A stretch of DNA of 64,000 nucleotides from Eledone cirrhosa (lineage: Eukaryota): assembly GCA_964016885.1 (NCBI GenBank), contig OZ024753.1, positions 1,364,001-1,428,000 of the forward strand. The letters are read 5' to 3'. Of this stretch, positions 13,188 through 27,078 are shown piece by piece; the stretch's first letter is position 1, and each line of letters starts with the position of its first letter. Under the pieces are notes generated by a model. The model was not told the origin of the DNA. It did not search any database and was given only the letters and a program-made list of their open reading frames with translations. A program made the position numbers and the translations under genes.

Positions 13188-13521
13188 CATTGGTTCCCAA
13201 CCAGGGGGCCATGGACCACCAGTGGGCCATAGCAAGTTATTGGGGGAGCCACGGGAAGGAACTAAAAATCGCAAAATTTCATACATAAAAAAGAAGAGTA
13301 GTTTCCTAACATAATTTTTTCTTTTTCTTGCTTCAAATTTTTATATTCAACTTTTTATCAACTTTCTACCTTTTCTAATAATGATTTTACTTCACAAATA
13401 AAAAGACATGCCAAAATTATTTCTACATAAAAAAATATCAAAAATTTTAAATTTTTGGGGAGCCATACTGTTTTGCTATATCATTAAGGTGGAATTTATT
13501 ATAAAAGGTTGGGAACCGCTG
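13188..13521. mobile_element. hAT MITE
   Basis: TIRs CATTGGTTCCCAACC / GGTTGGGAACCGCTG; perfect 8-bp TSD CTTTAAAG. Confidence 0.88.
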
Positions 13522-14027
13522 CTTTAAAGGGTTAATACTAAAAGAAGCTCCTTCTACCTCCCCTTCGCTGAATCTTTTGTGGGTTCATATCATCTGGAAA
13601 TATTTCTATCTAGGGATTAGAGGAGAGTTGAATTTCAGCCAACTGACATGGTGTGTGTGTGTGGGGGGGGGGGGTCAACAAAGGATTCGGAGAAACTTAT
13701 AGAAAAACTGTTTAGCCTTCTATGGAGAAAACAGAAGCTGATATTCGTGACAAATGATGGAAACCATGCATGCTCCTGCCCTCCCCCTCCCTTTCTATTT
13801 CTCCAACACACACAAACATATGTACACACATTCACTCATACACAAACATATGTACACACATTGACAGTGAAAGCACTTATGATAACTTTGAGACGAAACC
13901 TTTTTGATAAGAAGAACTGTTTGAGAATATTATCCATGATTATAGCAAGCGGCTTTCTTTATAAACACACACACAGACTCATATATATATATACACACAC
14001 ATACATAAAAGATACACATACATACAC

Positions 14028-14066
<39 letters not shown>

Positions 14067-14070
<4 letters not shown>

Positions 14071-14373
14071 TAATGAAATGACAGGAGGCTGGATTTGTGT
14101 AAATCCTTGAAAGGTTTATTATACTATGATCATTTCATGATCATACGGAACCCGGTCATTGAAATGATCATAGTATAATAAACCTTTCAAGGATTTACAC
14201 AAATCCAACCTCCTGTCATTTCATTATAATATTTAACTCCGTAATAGCACCACCAACTACAAACACAAAGACGGTTGAACTGCTTTACGTTGAGTACTCT
14301 CTATATTATTGCATTACGATTGACCATACGGAATAGACCAGCTCTATACAGTGGTAAACCTCAAACCTGAATA
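14067..14373 (+). mobile_element. Foldback Penelope-like fragment in (TA)n
   Basis: 71-bp arms 14067-14137 and 14160-14230 (one mismatch seen) with a 22-nt spacer. The right arm begins with a hammerhead 3' half (GAAAUGAUCAUA). A unique tail runs to 14373, with TA on both sides. Confidence 0.55.
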
Positions 14374-14452
14374 AATATATATATATATATATATATATAT
14401 CAAAATGGCTGATTTCCGTTCGTTCCTCTTTTCACTCTCTATCTTTCAAGAG

Positions 14453-14650
14453 ATTGGCAGTATCGGTAGAGCACCGGACATCCTGCTTTGCATCATAGAG
14501 TTACGGCCCTTTACATTCTAAGGTTAGCCTTGCCTTTCATCCTTGCGGGCTCGATAAAATAAAGCACCAGTAATTCACTGGGGTCGATTTAATCGACTCC
14601 TCCCCTCCCTTCAAATTGCTGGCCTTGTGCCTAAAATAGAAACAATTATT
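14453..14650 (+). mobile_element. SINE family A
   Basis: TGGCAGTATCGGTAGAG head, core and tail. Confidence 0.8.
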
Positions 14651-15347
14651 TTACGTCCCTGTTACGTTCTCAGTTCAAATCCTGGGATCACTTTAGCATT
14701 CTTATCGTAAGGGTCTTTCAAATAAATACCTCTTATACAATAGAGACCACAAAAACACTCTTTGATTTTAAATGAATATTCATACAATATTGGTGGCTAT
14801 CAAGAGTGTTTTTGTGGTCCCCCTGTCTATCAAGGTTGATCTCATGTTCAGAATTGTGTGGTCGTTCTTCAATATGAGAAATTAATTATAGCCATTTTGT
14901 TTTTGTTTTTTAGTATGACCCGGCACCACAACATAGTTTCAGTTACCCAAACATTCTATCACAGCATGGAACTTATGAGACTTCTATTTCTCATTTTAAT
15001 TTCCATGTAAAAACAAATTGGGATTTAGTTTTCTTGTTTATATTTCATCAAATTACAAACCATGTAGAGAGTTGGCAGAATCGCTACAACGTCAGAAAAG
15101 TAGACATATTTGCGGTATTCGTTCCGACTCTCAACGATCTGACGTCAAATCATCAACGACCAACATCACCTCAGGCTTTCAGTAAAGTACCAGTTAAATA
15201 CTGGGTCGATTCTTACTTCCTCTCTCCTTCCCCAGCTCCACACACATTCTCTCTCTCTCTCTCTCTCTCTCTCGATATATATACACCTCTTTCTCTCTCT
15301 ATATATATATATATACATACATCTCTCTCTCTATATATATACATACA

Positions 15348-15378
<31 letters not shown>

Positions 15379-15405
15379 CTTTCTCTCTCTCTCTCTTTCT
15401 TTCTC

Positions 15406-15486
<81 letters not shown>

Positions 15487-15497
15487 CTACCTCTCTT

Positions 15498-15533
<36 letters not shown>

Positions 15534-15824
15534 CTTCTACCTCTCTTTCTCTCTCTCTCTGGTGATGGGGGTTGATGGTGGTGGTGGTGAGGGGTTGACG
15601 GTGGGTGAGGGTGGAGTGAATTGGGTGACGGGTAGGTGGGGGTGGGGGGTGGGGGGGGGGGGGGGGGGGTGAGAGATGCCACCGCCATTCTTTGCCTCAT
15701 TCTACTAGAATTATCGCAGCTGCCCAGCCATTGTTTTGACTGTCTACGAGAAATACTTGAAAACTGGTGGACAGCGCCTCGTCTGTGTCCCGTCACATTG
15801 CTCCTCATTCTTCAAATGACATAA

Positions 15825-16241
15825 CCATCATCATCACCATCATCATCATCACCAATAGCAGCAGCCTCGTCATCATTGCCATTATCATTATTATCCTCAT
15901 TCATCATCATCATCATCACCACCACATTCATCATCCTCATCGTCACACCATCATCATCATCGTCATCAGCACTACTACAATAATCATCATCATCATCATC
16001 AGCACCACATTCATCAAAATCATCATCATCATCACATCATCATCATCACCATCATCACCACCACATTCATCATCACCATCATCACCATCATTATCATCAT
16101 CACCACCACATTCATCATCACCACACCAACATCGTCATACCATCATCGTCACATCACCATCATCGTCACATCATCATCATCAACATCGTCATACCATCAT
16201 CGTCACATCATCATCATCACCATCCACATCACCATCATCAC
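15825..16241. repeat. (CAT/CAC)n low-complexity tract
   Basis: Degenerate CAT repeats. Confidence 0.9.
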
Positions 16242-17134
16242 TACTTTATTATTTCCCTCCTTCTAGGTGTCCTGCAAAGATGTCTGCATGACTGAACTAC
16301 TAACTGAACAACAATAAAACTATGTGTGGTATTTCATGTTTTTATAACCCTGTAGACAACATGCAAGATGTATAGGTATGTATGCATGTAGACACACACA
16401 TATATATACATTTACATACATACATGGTGGCTGCCAACTCGTTTTCGAGTACGGCCACTACTTTATATCCATGTAGGAGAACCCCTACCGATGCGCTGAA
16501 CGAGTGTGACTTTTTAGTCCAGCCAGCGACTTGAAAACTCTGGTACAAACACTACACTTGTGACAATTATTGACACATAGTGCTGGGCCCATGGTACCAT
16601 GTGACGACAAGTGCAGAGAGATCTCCAGATATAAAGCAATGCCTGTGCCGTGAAGCTTTTATACATACATACATAACACAACTAGTTAGGAAATTACAAG
16701 TACAATCCATTAATGGAACAGTAAAAATATGTCAAACATTCCAAAAATGTTGCATCTATAACTGCATATACACATGTACAGATGCAAAGCATATACACAT
16801 GCACACATACAACTCAAAACATCCACATCGACACCTACAATAACATTCATATCTACACATGCACACATACATATCTACCTAGTTGATGTTGTGTAAATTC
16901 CAATGAAAGAGTCTTGTGTCTATGTTAGAAACCGACTCTCTCTTTATTGGGAAAAAATTTGTGAAATTATAAAACCAGAAGAACATACATACATACATAC
17001 ACACACACATATGTGTGTTTATATATATATATTTTTTCATATTACCCACTCTGCTACCTCAAGTATCGAGTACTCTGGTGAGTAATGGTCTAACTGGTTT
17101 TTACTGCTTCCAATCTGATATATATATATATATA

Positions 17135-17251
17135 TTGTTTCCGACAAAGACGGTCTGATCGAACTTATATATGAAGTCTGATAGTATACAGTTATTATAA
17201 CTGCTATAGATCAGTCAATATGATCAACCCTCCGAAACGATCGTAAAACAA
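17135..17251 (+). ncRNA. Degenerate hammerhead with long stem II
   Basis: UUGUUU-CCGACAA...GAAACGAUCGUA^AAACAA. Perfect 6-bp stem I and palindromic stem III ACGATCGT, but two substitutions in the CUGANGA box. Confidence 0.45.
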
Positions 17252-17316
17252 TGATATGAATAGGTAAAATAACTTGACTTTGTTGTTATTATTTTCATTA
17301 TTAAATTAATACCTAA

Positions 17317-17354
<38 letters not shown>

Positions 17355-18087
17355 GCAAAATAAAGATCCGAAGGCATGGTATAAATTTCCAATCATTTTA
17401 ATCATGACACATGTTTCAATAAGAGATAGATCGATCGTGTGGCTATGATCGATTATCACTGACCTCGTCATGTGAAAATGAATTGTCTTCCAATCCTTGA
17501 TATGAGGGAGAAAATTTAACGATGTTCACTCACTAAAGTTTTGTCCCCCATATGAAGATTAAGCAGCCAAAAGACGCCGACTGCTATCGTCCTCAGTTAG
17601 GGTCATAAAACTATCAAGTCTCTATCTCTCAATAGCTGTAAAAGACTCTGGATGGGTCTAATCTCAACATCAAATCAGTCGGTCACAGTTAGTGTGAGTG
17701 AGTACACACACACTCACACACACCGACGCGAGGTCAAAGAAAAAAATATATATACCAACACAGTATTCACCGAAAGTTAGTTTACAAAACAACAAATGTT
17801 ATATTGGTCAAATCTCAATTTGACGATGTAAATTGGAAACATTGGGACAACCGCAACCCTATACACACGCAAGTAAATTCAGTTCAATGTTCTGCTATAC
17901 GTGTATCGATTGAATTGTAACATCTGTATCTTCTGGAATTGGAGATATACAAAAGCGTGGAGAACTTAATATTGCTAACAAAAATTTATTAGACCGTATG
18001 ACACAACCAATAATACACCTTACTATATAACAACTATATATATATATAAATATATATATATATGTGTGTATATACATATATATATAT

Positions 18088-18308
18088 ATGTAAAAGGTAA
18101 ACAGAAATAACAACACAATCGGTACAGTATATGGAAGGTATATATTAGGTTAACGCTTGATATAGCAGGAAGACGGTCTTAACGTTTCGGACGCTAGTCC
18201 TTCACCAGAAGAAAGAATGAGAAATAAAATAGATTAAGGGAACGGGAGGGATGGAATTGGAAAAAATGTCTTGAGATAAAAATAACAGGTCCATTCATGT
18301 TGACATCT
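18088..18308 (-). mobile_element. Penelope-like end fragment with minimal hammerhead (18177-18212), copy 1
   Basis: Minus strand UCUU-CUGGUGA-A-GGAC(UAGC)GUCC-GAAACGUU^AAGA. About 220 bp homologous to 56664-56882; the 3' end runs into a TA tract. Confidence 0.65.
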
Positions 18309-19381
18309 ATATATAACAAAATTTGTTTTCGTTTTTAACATGGTGGATACCTAAACGTATTCGTAAGTGAATAATATTATGATATCATATTATTAATATT
18401 TGGTTTGTTTGCAAGCAAACAGCCTCATAAACACCATGTGTTAGATGACTAATGTCATCCTTTTTTCCAGCTGTAGCTGAGAGAAAACAATCGACAAGTA
18501 TTAGTATTGATGCTCTGAAATAGCGATGTATACATGAATGTATGTATAGTATATTTGGAAATATACTGTCTGGTGTGTTATGCAACAATTACAACCTCAT
18601 CAGACAGCTATTGCGTGAACAGAAAATTACATGAATAAAACTTACATGAATGAAGATTCCATGAACAAAAATAGAAGGAATAAAAATTACTTATACAGTC
18701 TCCATTAAGTGATATTCCAGGGGCGGTTTATTGTTGTTTCCTCAAAACCTTGCTGACAGCCCTTACAGCATTATCACAAAGAGGATACACACCACCTAAA
18801 CATTGGTTGAAGATAGTTCCAACCTTACATCTTCATTGCCTTCTTGAAAACCCCAGAGGCGCCAAGGTCTGAGATAGTGACTCTGGTATCAAGTCTGTAG
18901 TCTGTGTAACCCTAACCCTAACTGACCAGTGTCGATGGATAATAGAAAATAGTAACCTAAGTAAACATGAGAGAACAACTGATCTCCTACTGTCATCGCC
19001 CCCCCCCCCACACACACACACACACCCAGCTCTCCCCCCGGCTCCCATCTCTCCGTATGGTGAGCAAATGGGGTCCCACGTGCTGGCCTCCTCACAGCCC
19101 CGGCGGACAGAATGGAGAAGGCGTTTCCCCGGAGGATGGTAAGGGAGATGCGAAAATCCCAGAGGCGCCAAGGTCTGAGATAGTCCAGTGACTCTGTTAT
19201 CAAGGTCAGTTGTAAATTCATTAACAGCAGGGGTTATATGGTGGTCAGCTTCTGATATCCCCAAAACAAGAGTATTAAAAGGTCATGCGGTGGTGGGGTG
19301 GATGAAGTTACCAATATCAACAGCCAAAGTAGCAACACTAACATCACATTTAAATAGGAGTAGGAACCGGTATCAATGGCT

Positions 19382-19410
19382 GTAGCAGCAGCAGCAGTAG
19401 TAGTAGTAGC

Positions 19411-19462
<52 letters not shown>

Positions 19463-19551
19463 CAGTGGTAGCAGTAGTAGTAGTAGTAGTAGTAATAGTA
19501 GTAGCAGCAGCAGCAGTAGTAGTAGTAGTAGTGGTAGTAGTAGTAGTAGTG

Positions 19552-19588
<37 letters not shown>

Positions 19589-19613
19589 CGGTAGCAGCAG
19601 CAGCAGTAGTAGT
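19382..19613. repeat. (AGT/AGC)n microsatellite
   Basis: Triplet run. Confidence 0.95.
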
Positions 19614-19620
19614 CTAATAT

Positions 19621-19807
19621 ATAATTGCTTCTACTTTTGGCACAAGGCCAGCAATTATCTCAGTACATTACTGGTACTTTATTTTATCGACTCCGTAAGG
19701 ATGAAAGGCAAAGTTAACCTCGGCAGGATTTGAACTCAGACCATAAAGGGCCGTAATTCTTTGCTGCAAAGAATACGCCAGACCCTCTACCGATACTGCC
19801 AATCCAC
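19621..19807 (-). mobile_element. SINE family A
   Basis: Full head-core-tail on the minus strand. Confidence 0.82.
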
Positions 19808-19858
19808 ATATAAGGTGATATAAAGAGCTTCCAGCCCTCTACATGTTTGTATCTAGAG

Positions 19859-20004
19859 CGGGCATCGGCAACATTTTTCGAGCAGTGGGCCGCTTAGGAT
19901 GTTGCTCATCATAAGGCGGGCCACACTGCTAAAAAATTCAAGGTAATTTTAAAATTAGACGCGTCATTCAGAAAGCCAAACGGGCCGCAGTTTGCCCATG
20001 ACTG
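19859..20004. mobile_element. hAT MITE
   Basis: Imperfect TIRs, GGGCC(G/A)C subterminal motifs, perfect 8-bp TSD ATCTAGAG. Confidence 0.82.
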
Positions 20005-20210
20005 ATCTAGAGTCTACTACCTCGAATCTCCGAATCATTTATATTGAGATCTTCTATTACAATGTTGTTGTGTGCTGTCGCCAGATTTTCATTTTCTAGC
20101 TCCAATGTAGAAGATTTTTCTCATTTGGGTGTTTCTGGTATTCAGTGAAGACATCTTGAACTTTCTATCTAGAAAGTTTGACTCTGGGATCTTTATTATT
20201 TCATATATAT

Positions 20211-20331
20211 GATCTGAGTTCAAATCCCGCCGAGGTTAACTTTGCCTTTCATCCTTACGGGGTCGATAAAATAAAGTACCAGTAATACACTGGGTAATTG
20301 CTGGCCTTGTGCCAAAAGTAGAAACAATTAT
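20211..20331 (+). mobile_element. SINE family A, 5'-truncated
   Basis: B-box to tail, flanked by the duplication ATTATTTCATAT.TATG. Confidence 0.82.
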
Positions 20332-22318
20332 TTCATATGTATGGGAGGGGGTATTGATATAGTATATAAACTGTGAGAAAGCAGAAAAATCGTTTCGTTT
20401 ACGAACGAAGTCTGTTGTAATATTTGTTCTGTACCGAGTTTCACAGACTCTATTTTTTTAAACGATCGACTTTCGTCAAATCGGACCGAGGAAACAATGT
20501 TTCCGTTGGTCTTTCCAACTGCTAATACTATCTATCGGTCGCAACTCCAGGTAGAAGGAGCAACGTGAAATAAAGTGTCTTGCTCAAGGACATAGCGCAT
20601 CACCTGGTCCGGGAATCAAACTCCCAACCTCACGATTGCGAATCCAATTCTCTAACCACTCAGCCACACTATCTATAACCAGGCTTAAAATGTCCAAGAA
20701 ACGCCGTATTTCAATACGGCGCCCCTACGACTCTATCAGGAGTTATGGGACCATGAATAGAATGGAAACGATGAAACCTATTGTCAAGAAAACAACGGTC
20801 GTATTTTAAGTTTTAAACTTGTATCTGTTAATTTATTGCCAAGAAATTCTTACTATGAAACATGGAGACTTGCCAGCCTCTAAAAACCTAAACGGGGAGT
20901 ACCATGAAAAAAAGTGCCCCAAAACGTGGAGATTTACATAATGAAAGCTATACCCATTTTCACAAGAGAAGACATATCCCACCCACGGGGAGAGTTGACA
21001 TGTCTGGTATTTCACGCTGATTATTCCATAACTAAAAAATATGGTTTATTATTGAAAGTTATTTATAATACTAAATTCATTGAGACTGTTTTACATGAAA
21101 AGTAGATGAAAAATATATAAAAGAAAAACAAATGACAACCAAAAGCCAATACTATAATCATCATCACATTTTAAAAGAAACATTTCACGCCAAACTGATT
21201 CATTCTGATATGTTTTCCTAGTAGATTTATGATGAATTAGTTAGAAAAGTCATATTGTTTACGACGTGTCAGCGAATCTAGCTAAGTTTCATCCCCAGAA
21301 GACTAAATTGAAAATGAATACTTTATACGACATGTCTTACTTAATAGTGTATAGAAAGTGTTAGTTTATGCTTGAGCTGTTCGTTGATATTAATTATAGC
21401 TTTATTTCATATTAAGGTTATTACCACGACTGAAGCTTACCGTAAAGATTGACAGCAAGGATTAAATACATTGAGTTAATAAAATGCAGATCTTTAATTT
21501 CATCCATTTCAACACCAGACGAGGATAAAATCTCGCGATTTTTCGTCTAAATAATTTCTAGAAAACAAAAATTGTAATCACAAACCAAACATTCGCGACA
21601 GCAATATAAAACTCCAGACGTCGAGGCAGGTTAACTCAATAATCAGTATCTGGGGACTATCTCAAGGAGTTGGTGTAACGATAGAATAAAACTTTGATTT
21701 CAGACAAATGTCATTCTGCCTGAATTTGGTCACAAATAACTGAGATCGATTCTTCCTTTATATCTCTTTCTCGCTTCCTGTGGTCAAACCGGGGGAGGCG
21801 GTGGGACTCGCCAGGTAGAAAGTTACAACGGCGTCCCTACAGTTCTATCAGGAGTTGCGGGTCCAGATATATACAAAACAATTACAGTATACATAACAAA
21901 TAAGAGGATATGTTAAACTATTAAAAAATACCTAAATAAAGAATCATCTTAAATCTTATTATGGGGGATGCCAGACCAGCCAACCTCTAAAGACTCAAAC
22001 GGGGAGTATCATGAAAAAGGTGCCCCCAAAACGGGAAGAAAAGAGGCAAAATGAGGAGATTTTACATAATAAAAGCTATACCCATTTTCATAAGAGAAGT
22101 GGGTGCGAGATCTCCCCGTCGGACGGGGAGAGTTGACAGATCTGGGATATCATGGATCTGTGATAAAGTCACTCCGTCAAAGTACTTCATTACTCTTCGC
22201 AATCTTATATTAACCTTCAGTTTTAATGTTTAGGAACTTACAACAAAGTTGACCTAAAAATACGTATAATTGCTACAACTAAAATGAATAATTTGTGACC
22301 AAAGCAGTATTAAGCAAA

Positions 22319-25262
22319 AACATAGACAGTACCAACTTAGTACCTACCTAGACAGTACCAACATAGACAGTACCAACTTAGACAGTACCAACATAGACAG
22401 TACTAACTTAGTACCTACCTAGACAGTACTAACTTAGTACCTACCTAGACAGTACCAACATAGACAGTACCAACATAGACAGTACCAACATAGACAGTAC
22501 CAACTTAGACAGTACCAACTTAGTACCTACCTAGACAGTACCAACATAGACAGTACCAACTTAGACAGTACCAACTTAGACAGTACCAACTTAGTACCTA
22601 CCTAGACAGTACCAACATAGACAGTACCAACATAGACAGTACCAACTTAGACAGTACCAACATAGACAGTACCAACTTAGTACCTACCTAGACAGTACCA
22701 ACATAGACAGTACCAACATAGACAGTACCAACTTAGACAGTACCAACATAGACAGTACCAACTTAGTACCTACCTAGACAGTACCTACATAGACAGTACC
22801 AACTTAGACAGTACCAACTTAGTACCTACATAGACAGTACCAACATAGACAGTACCAACTTAGACAGTACCAACTTAGACAGTACCAACATAGACAGTAC
22901 CAACATAGACAGTACCAACATAGTACCAACTTAGACAGTACCAACATAGACAGTACCAACTTAGACAGTACCAACTTAGACAGTACCAACTTAGACAGTA
23001 CCAACTTAGACAGTACCAACATAGACAGTACCAACATAGACAGTACCAACTTAGACAGTACCAACTTAGACAGTACCAACTTAGACAGTACCAACATAGA
23101 CAGTACCAACATAGACAGTACCAACATAGACAGTACCAACATAGACAGTACCAACATAGACAGTACCAACTTAGACAGTACCAACATAGACAGTACCAAC
23201 ATAGACAGTACCTACATAGACAGTACCAACATAGACAGTACCAACTTAGACAGTACCAACTTAGACAGTACCAACTTAGACAGTACCAACTTAGACAGTA
23301 CCAACATAGTACCAACTTAGACAGTACCAACTTAGACAGTACCTACCTAGACAGTACCTACCTAGACAGTACCTACATAGACAGTACCAACATAGTACCA
23401 ACTTAGACAGTACCAACTTAGACAGTACCTACCTAGACAGTACCTACATAGACAGTACCAACATAGTACCAACTTAGACAGTACCAACATAGACAGTACC
23501 AACTTAGACAGTACCAACATAGACAGTACCAACTTAGACAGTACCAACTTAGACAGTACCAACTTAGACAGTACCAACTTAGACAGTACCAACTTAGACA
23601 GTACCAACTTAGACAGTACCAACATAGTACCAACTTAGACAGTACCTACCTAGACAGTACCTACATAGACAGTACCAACATAGACAGTACCAACTTAGAC
23701 AGTACCAACTTAGACAGTACCAACTTAGACAGTACCAACTTAGACAGTACCAACATAGTACCAACTTAGACAGTACCAACTTAGACAGTACCTACCTAGA
23801 CAGTACCTACATAGACAGTACCAACTTAGACAGTACCAACTTAGACAGTACCAACTTAGACAGTACCAACATAGACAGTACCTACCTAGACAGTACCAAC
23901 ATAGTACCAACTTAGACAGTACCAACTTAGACAGTACCAACATAGACAGTACCAACATAGACAGTACCTACCTAGACAGTACCAACATAGTACCAACATA
24001 GACAGTACCTACATAGACAGTACCAACTTAGACAGTACCAACATAGACAGTACCAACATAGACAGTACCAACATAGACAGTACCAACATAGACAGTACCA
24101 ACATAGACAGTACCAACATAGACAGTACCAACATAGACAGTACCAACATAGACAGTACCAACATAGACAGTACCTACCTAGACAGTACCAACTTAGTACC
24201 AACATAGACAGTACCAACATAGACAGTACCAACATAGACAGTACCAACATAGACAGTACCAACATAGACAGTACCAACTTAGTACCAACTTAGACAGTAC
24301 CAACATAGACAGTACCAACATAGACAGTACCTACATAGACAGTACCAACTTAGTACCAACATAGACAGTACCAACATAGACAGTACCAACATAGACAGTA
24401 CCTACATAGACAGTACCAACTTAGTACCAACTTAGACAGTACCAACATAGACAGTACCAACATAGACAGTACCAACCTAGACAGTACCTACCTAGACAGT
24501 ACCAACTTAGTACCAACATAGACAGTACCAACATAGACAGTACCAACATAGACAGTACCAACATAGACAGTACCAACATAGACAGTACCAACTTAGACAG
24601 TACCAACTTAGACAGTACCAACATAGACAGTACCTACCTAGACAGTACCAACTTAGTACCAACATAGACAGTACCAACATAGACAGTACCAACATAGACA
24701 GTACCAACATAGTACCAACTTAGACAGTACCAACTTAGACAGTACCTACCTAGACAGTACCTACCTAGACAGTACCTACCTAGACAGTACCAACATAGAC
24801 AGTACCAACATAGACAGTACCAACATAGACAGTACCAACATAGACAGTACCTACATAGACAGTACCAACATAGACAGTACCAACATAGACAGTACCTACC
24901 TAGACAGTACCAACTTAGACAGTACCAACATAGACAGTACCTACATAGACAGTACCAACATAGACAGTACCAACATAGACAGTACCAACATAGACAGTAC
25001 CAACTTAGACAGTACCAACTTAGACAGTACCTACATAGACAGTACTAACTTAGTACCTACATAGACAGTACTAACTTAGTACCTACATAGACAGTACTAA
25101 CTTAGTACCTACCTAGACAGTACCTACATAGACAATACCAACTTAGTACCAACTTAGACAGTACCAACTTAGACAGTACCAACTTAGACAGTACCAACTT
25201 AGACAGTACCAACTTAGACAGTACCAACTTAGACAGTACCAACTTAGACAGTACCAACATAG
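22319..25262. repeat. ~2.9-kb 15-bp satellite AGACAGTACCAAC(A/T)T with 10-bp deletion variants
   Basis: About 200 tandem units. Confidence 0.97.
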
Positions 25263-25424
25263 CCAGTTGTATTTCAATAATCCGGCACTTATCTATTGTT
25301 GTGTTTAGTTCGCAATAAGACTGGCCTAATTTCCTAAACTTTGGTATTTGTCAAAATATCCAGAAATATCTGGAATCAATAGAAAACATGTAAATGTCAA
25401 ACATCGTTTAGAGTGCTAGACAAA

Positions 25425-25426
<2 letters not shown>

Positions 25427-25460
<34 letters not shown>

Positions 25461-26481
25461 CACACACACACACATATATATGTATACACATATGTCTATA
25501 TATATATCGTATATATATATATATATATAAGTATATATATATAAGTATATATATATATGTATATGCATGTATGTATATGTATATATATATATATGTATAT
25601 GTATATATATGTACATATGTATGTGTATATATGTATGTGTATATGTATATGTATGTGTATATATATATACACATATATATACATATACACATATATATAC
25701 ATATGTATATGTATATGTGTGTATATATATACATATACATACATATATATATATACATATGCATATGTATATATATATGTATATATATACATATATATAT
25801 GTGTATATATATATATATACATATACATACATATATATATATACATATGCATATGTATATATATACATATATATACATATACATACATATATATATGTGT
25901 ATATATATATATATACATATACATACATATATATATATACATATGCATATGTACATATATACATATATATACATATACATACATATACATATGTATATAT
26001 ATATGTATATATATATACATACACATACATATACATACATATACATATCCTGATGATTTCTAATGAATGAAACAGTTCTAGTCCTGTAGAATCTCATCTA
26101 TATTAAAACTATATATACATATGTATATATATATGTATATATATATATACATATACATGCATATACATACATATATACATATACATACATATACATATAC
26201 ATGCATATATATACATATACATACATATATACATATACATATACATACATATACATATATATACATATATACATAAATATATATATATATATTATATATA
26301 TATGATATATATATATATGTATGTATACGTATATATATACATATATATACATATATATATATATACATGTGTATATATATACATATATATATATACACAT
26401 GTATATGTATATATATATACATATATCTACATATACATATATACACATATATATGTATATGCATATATGTATATATATGTT

Positions 26482-26517
<36 letters not shown>

Positions 26518-26624
26518 TATCTATATATATATATGTTTATGTATATATATATATATATGTTTATGTTTATCTATATATATATATGTTTATGTATATATAT
26601 ATATATGTTTATGTGTATATATAT

Positions 26625-26658
<34 letters not shown>

Positions 26659-26802
26659 GTTTATGTATATATATATGTGTATATTTATATGTATATGTGT
26701 TTATGTATATATATATATATGTTATGTTTATGTATATATATATATATATATACATATGTTATGTTTATGTTTATATATATATATATATATATACATACAC
26801 AC

Positions 26803-26855
<53 letters not shown>

Positions 26856-26866
26856 TGTGTGTGTGT
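25427..26866. repeat. TA/CA/TG compound microsatellite
   Basis: Low complexity, interrupted by a unique island at 26047-26110. Confidence 0.95.
26047..26110 (+). ncRNA. Hammerhead-like island inside a 1.4-kb TA-rich microsatellite
   Basis: CUGAUGA-UUUC(UAAU)GAAU-GAAACAG(UUCUAGUC)CUGUA^GAAU. Core boxes and 4-bp stem III are present; stems I and II are weak. Confidence 0.45.
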
Positions 26867-26876
26867 AAAGTTACGT

Positions 26877-27078
26877 AATAATTGTTTCTACTTTTGGCAC
26901 AAGGCCAGCAACCTGAAAGAAAAGGGGGAAAGTAGATTAAGTCATTACTCATACTTTATTCTATCGACCTCGTAAGAATAAATGGCAAAACTAACCTCAG
27001 TTGAATTTGAATTCAGAACATAAAGGGCCATAACTATATGCCGCAAAGCATTCCGACTCTCTACAGATACTGCCAATC
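26877..27078 (-). mobile_element. SINE family A (diverged)
   Basis: Head, core and tail are recognisable. Confidence 0.75.

Noticed and set aside
18907-18922. Interstitial telomere (TAACCC)n
   Set aside because: Only about 2.5 units, which is insufficient on its own.
25408-26975. Many YI/HT/CV-rich ORFs here and at about 36.6-37.5 kb and 41.1-42.7 kb
   Set aside because: Dinucleotide repeat artefacts.
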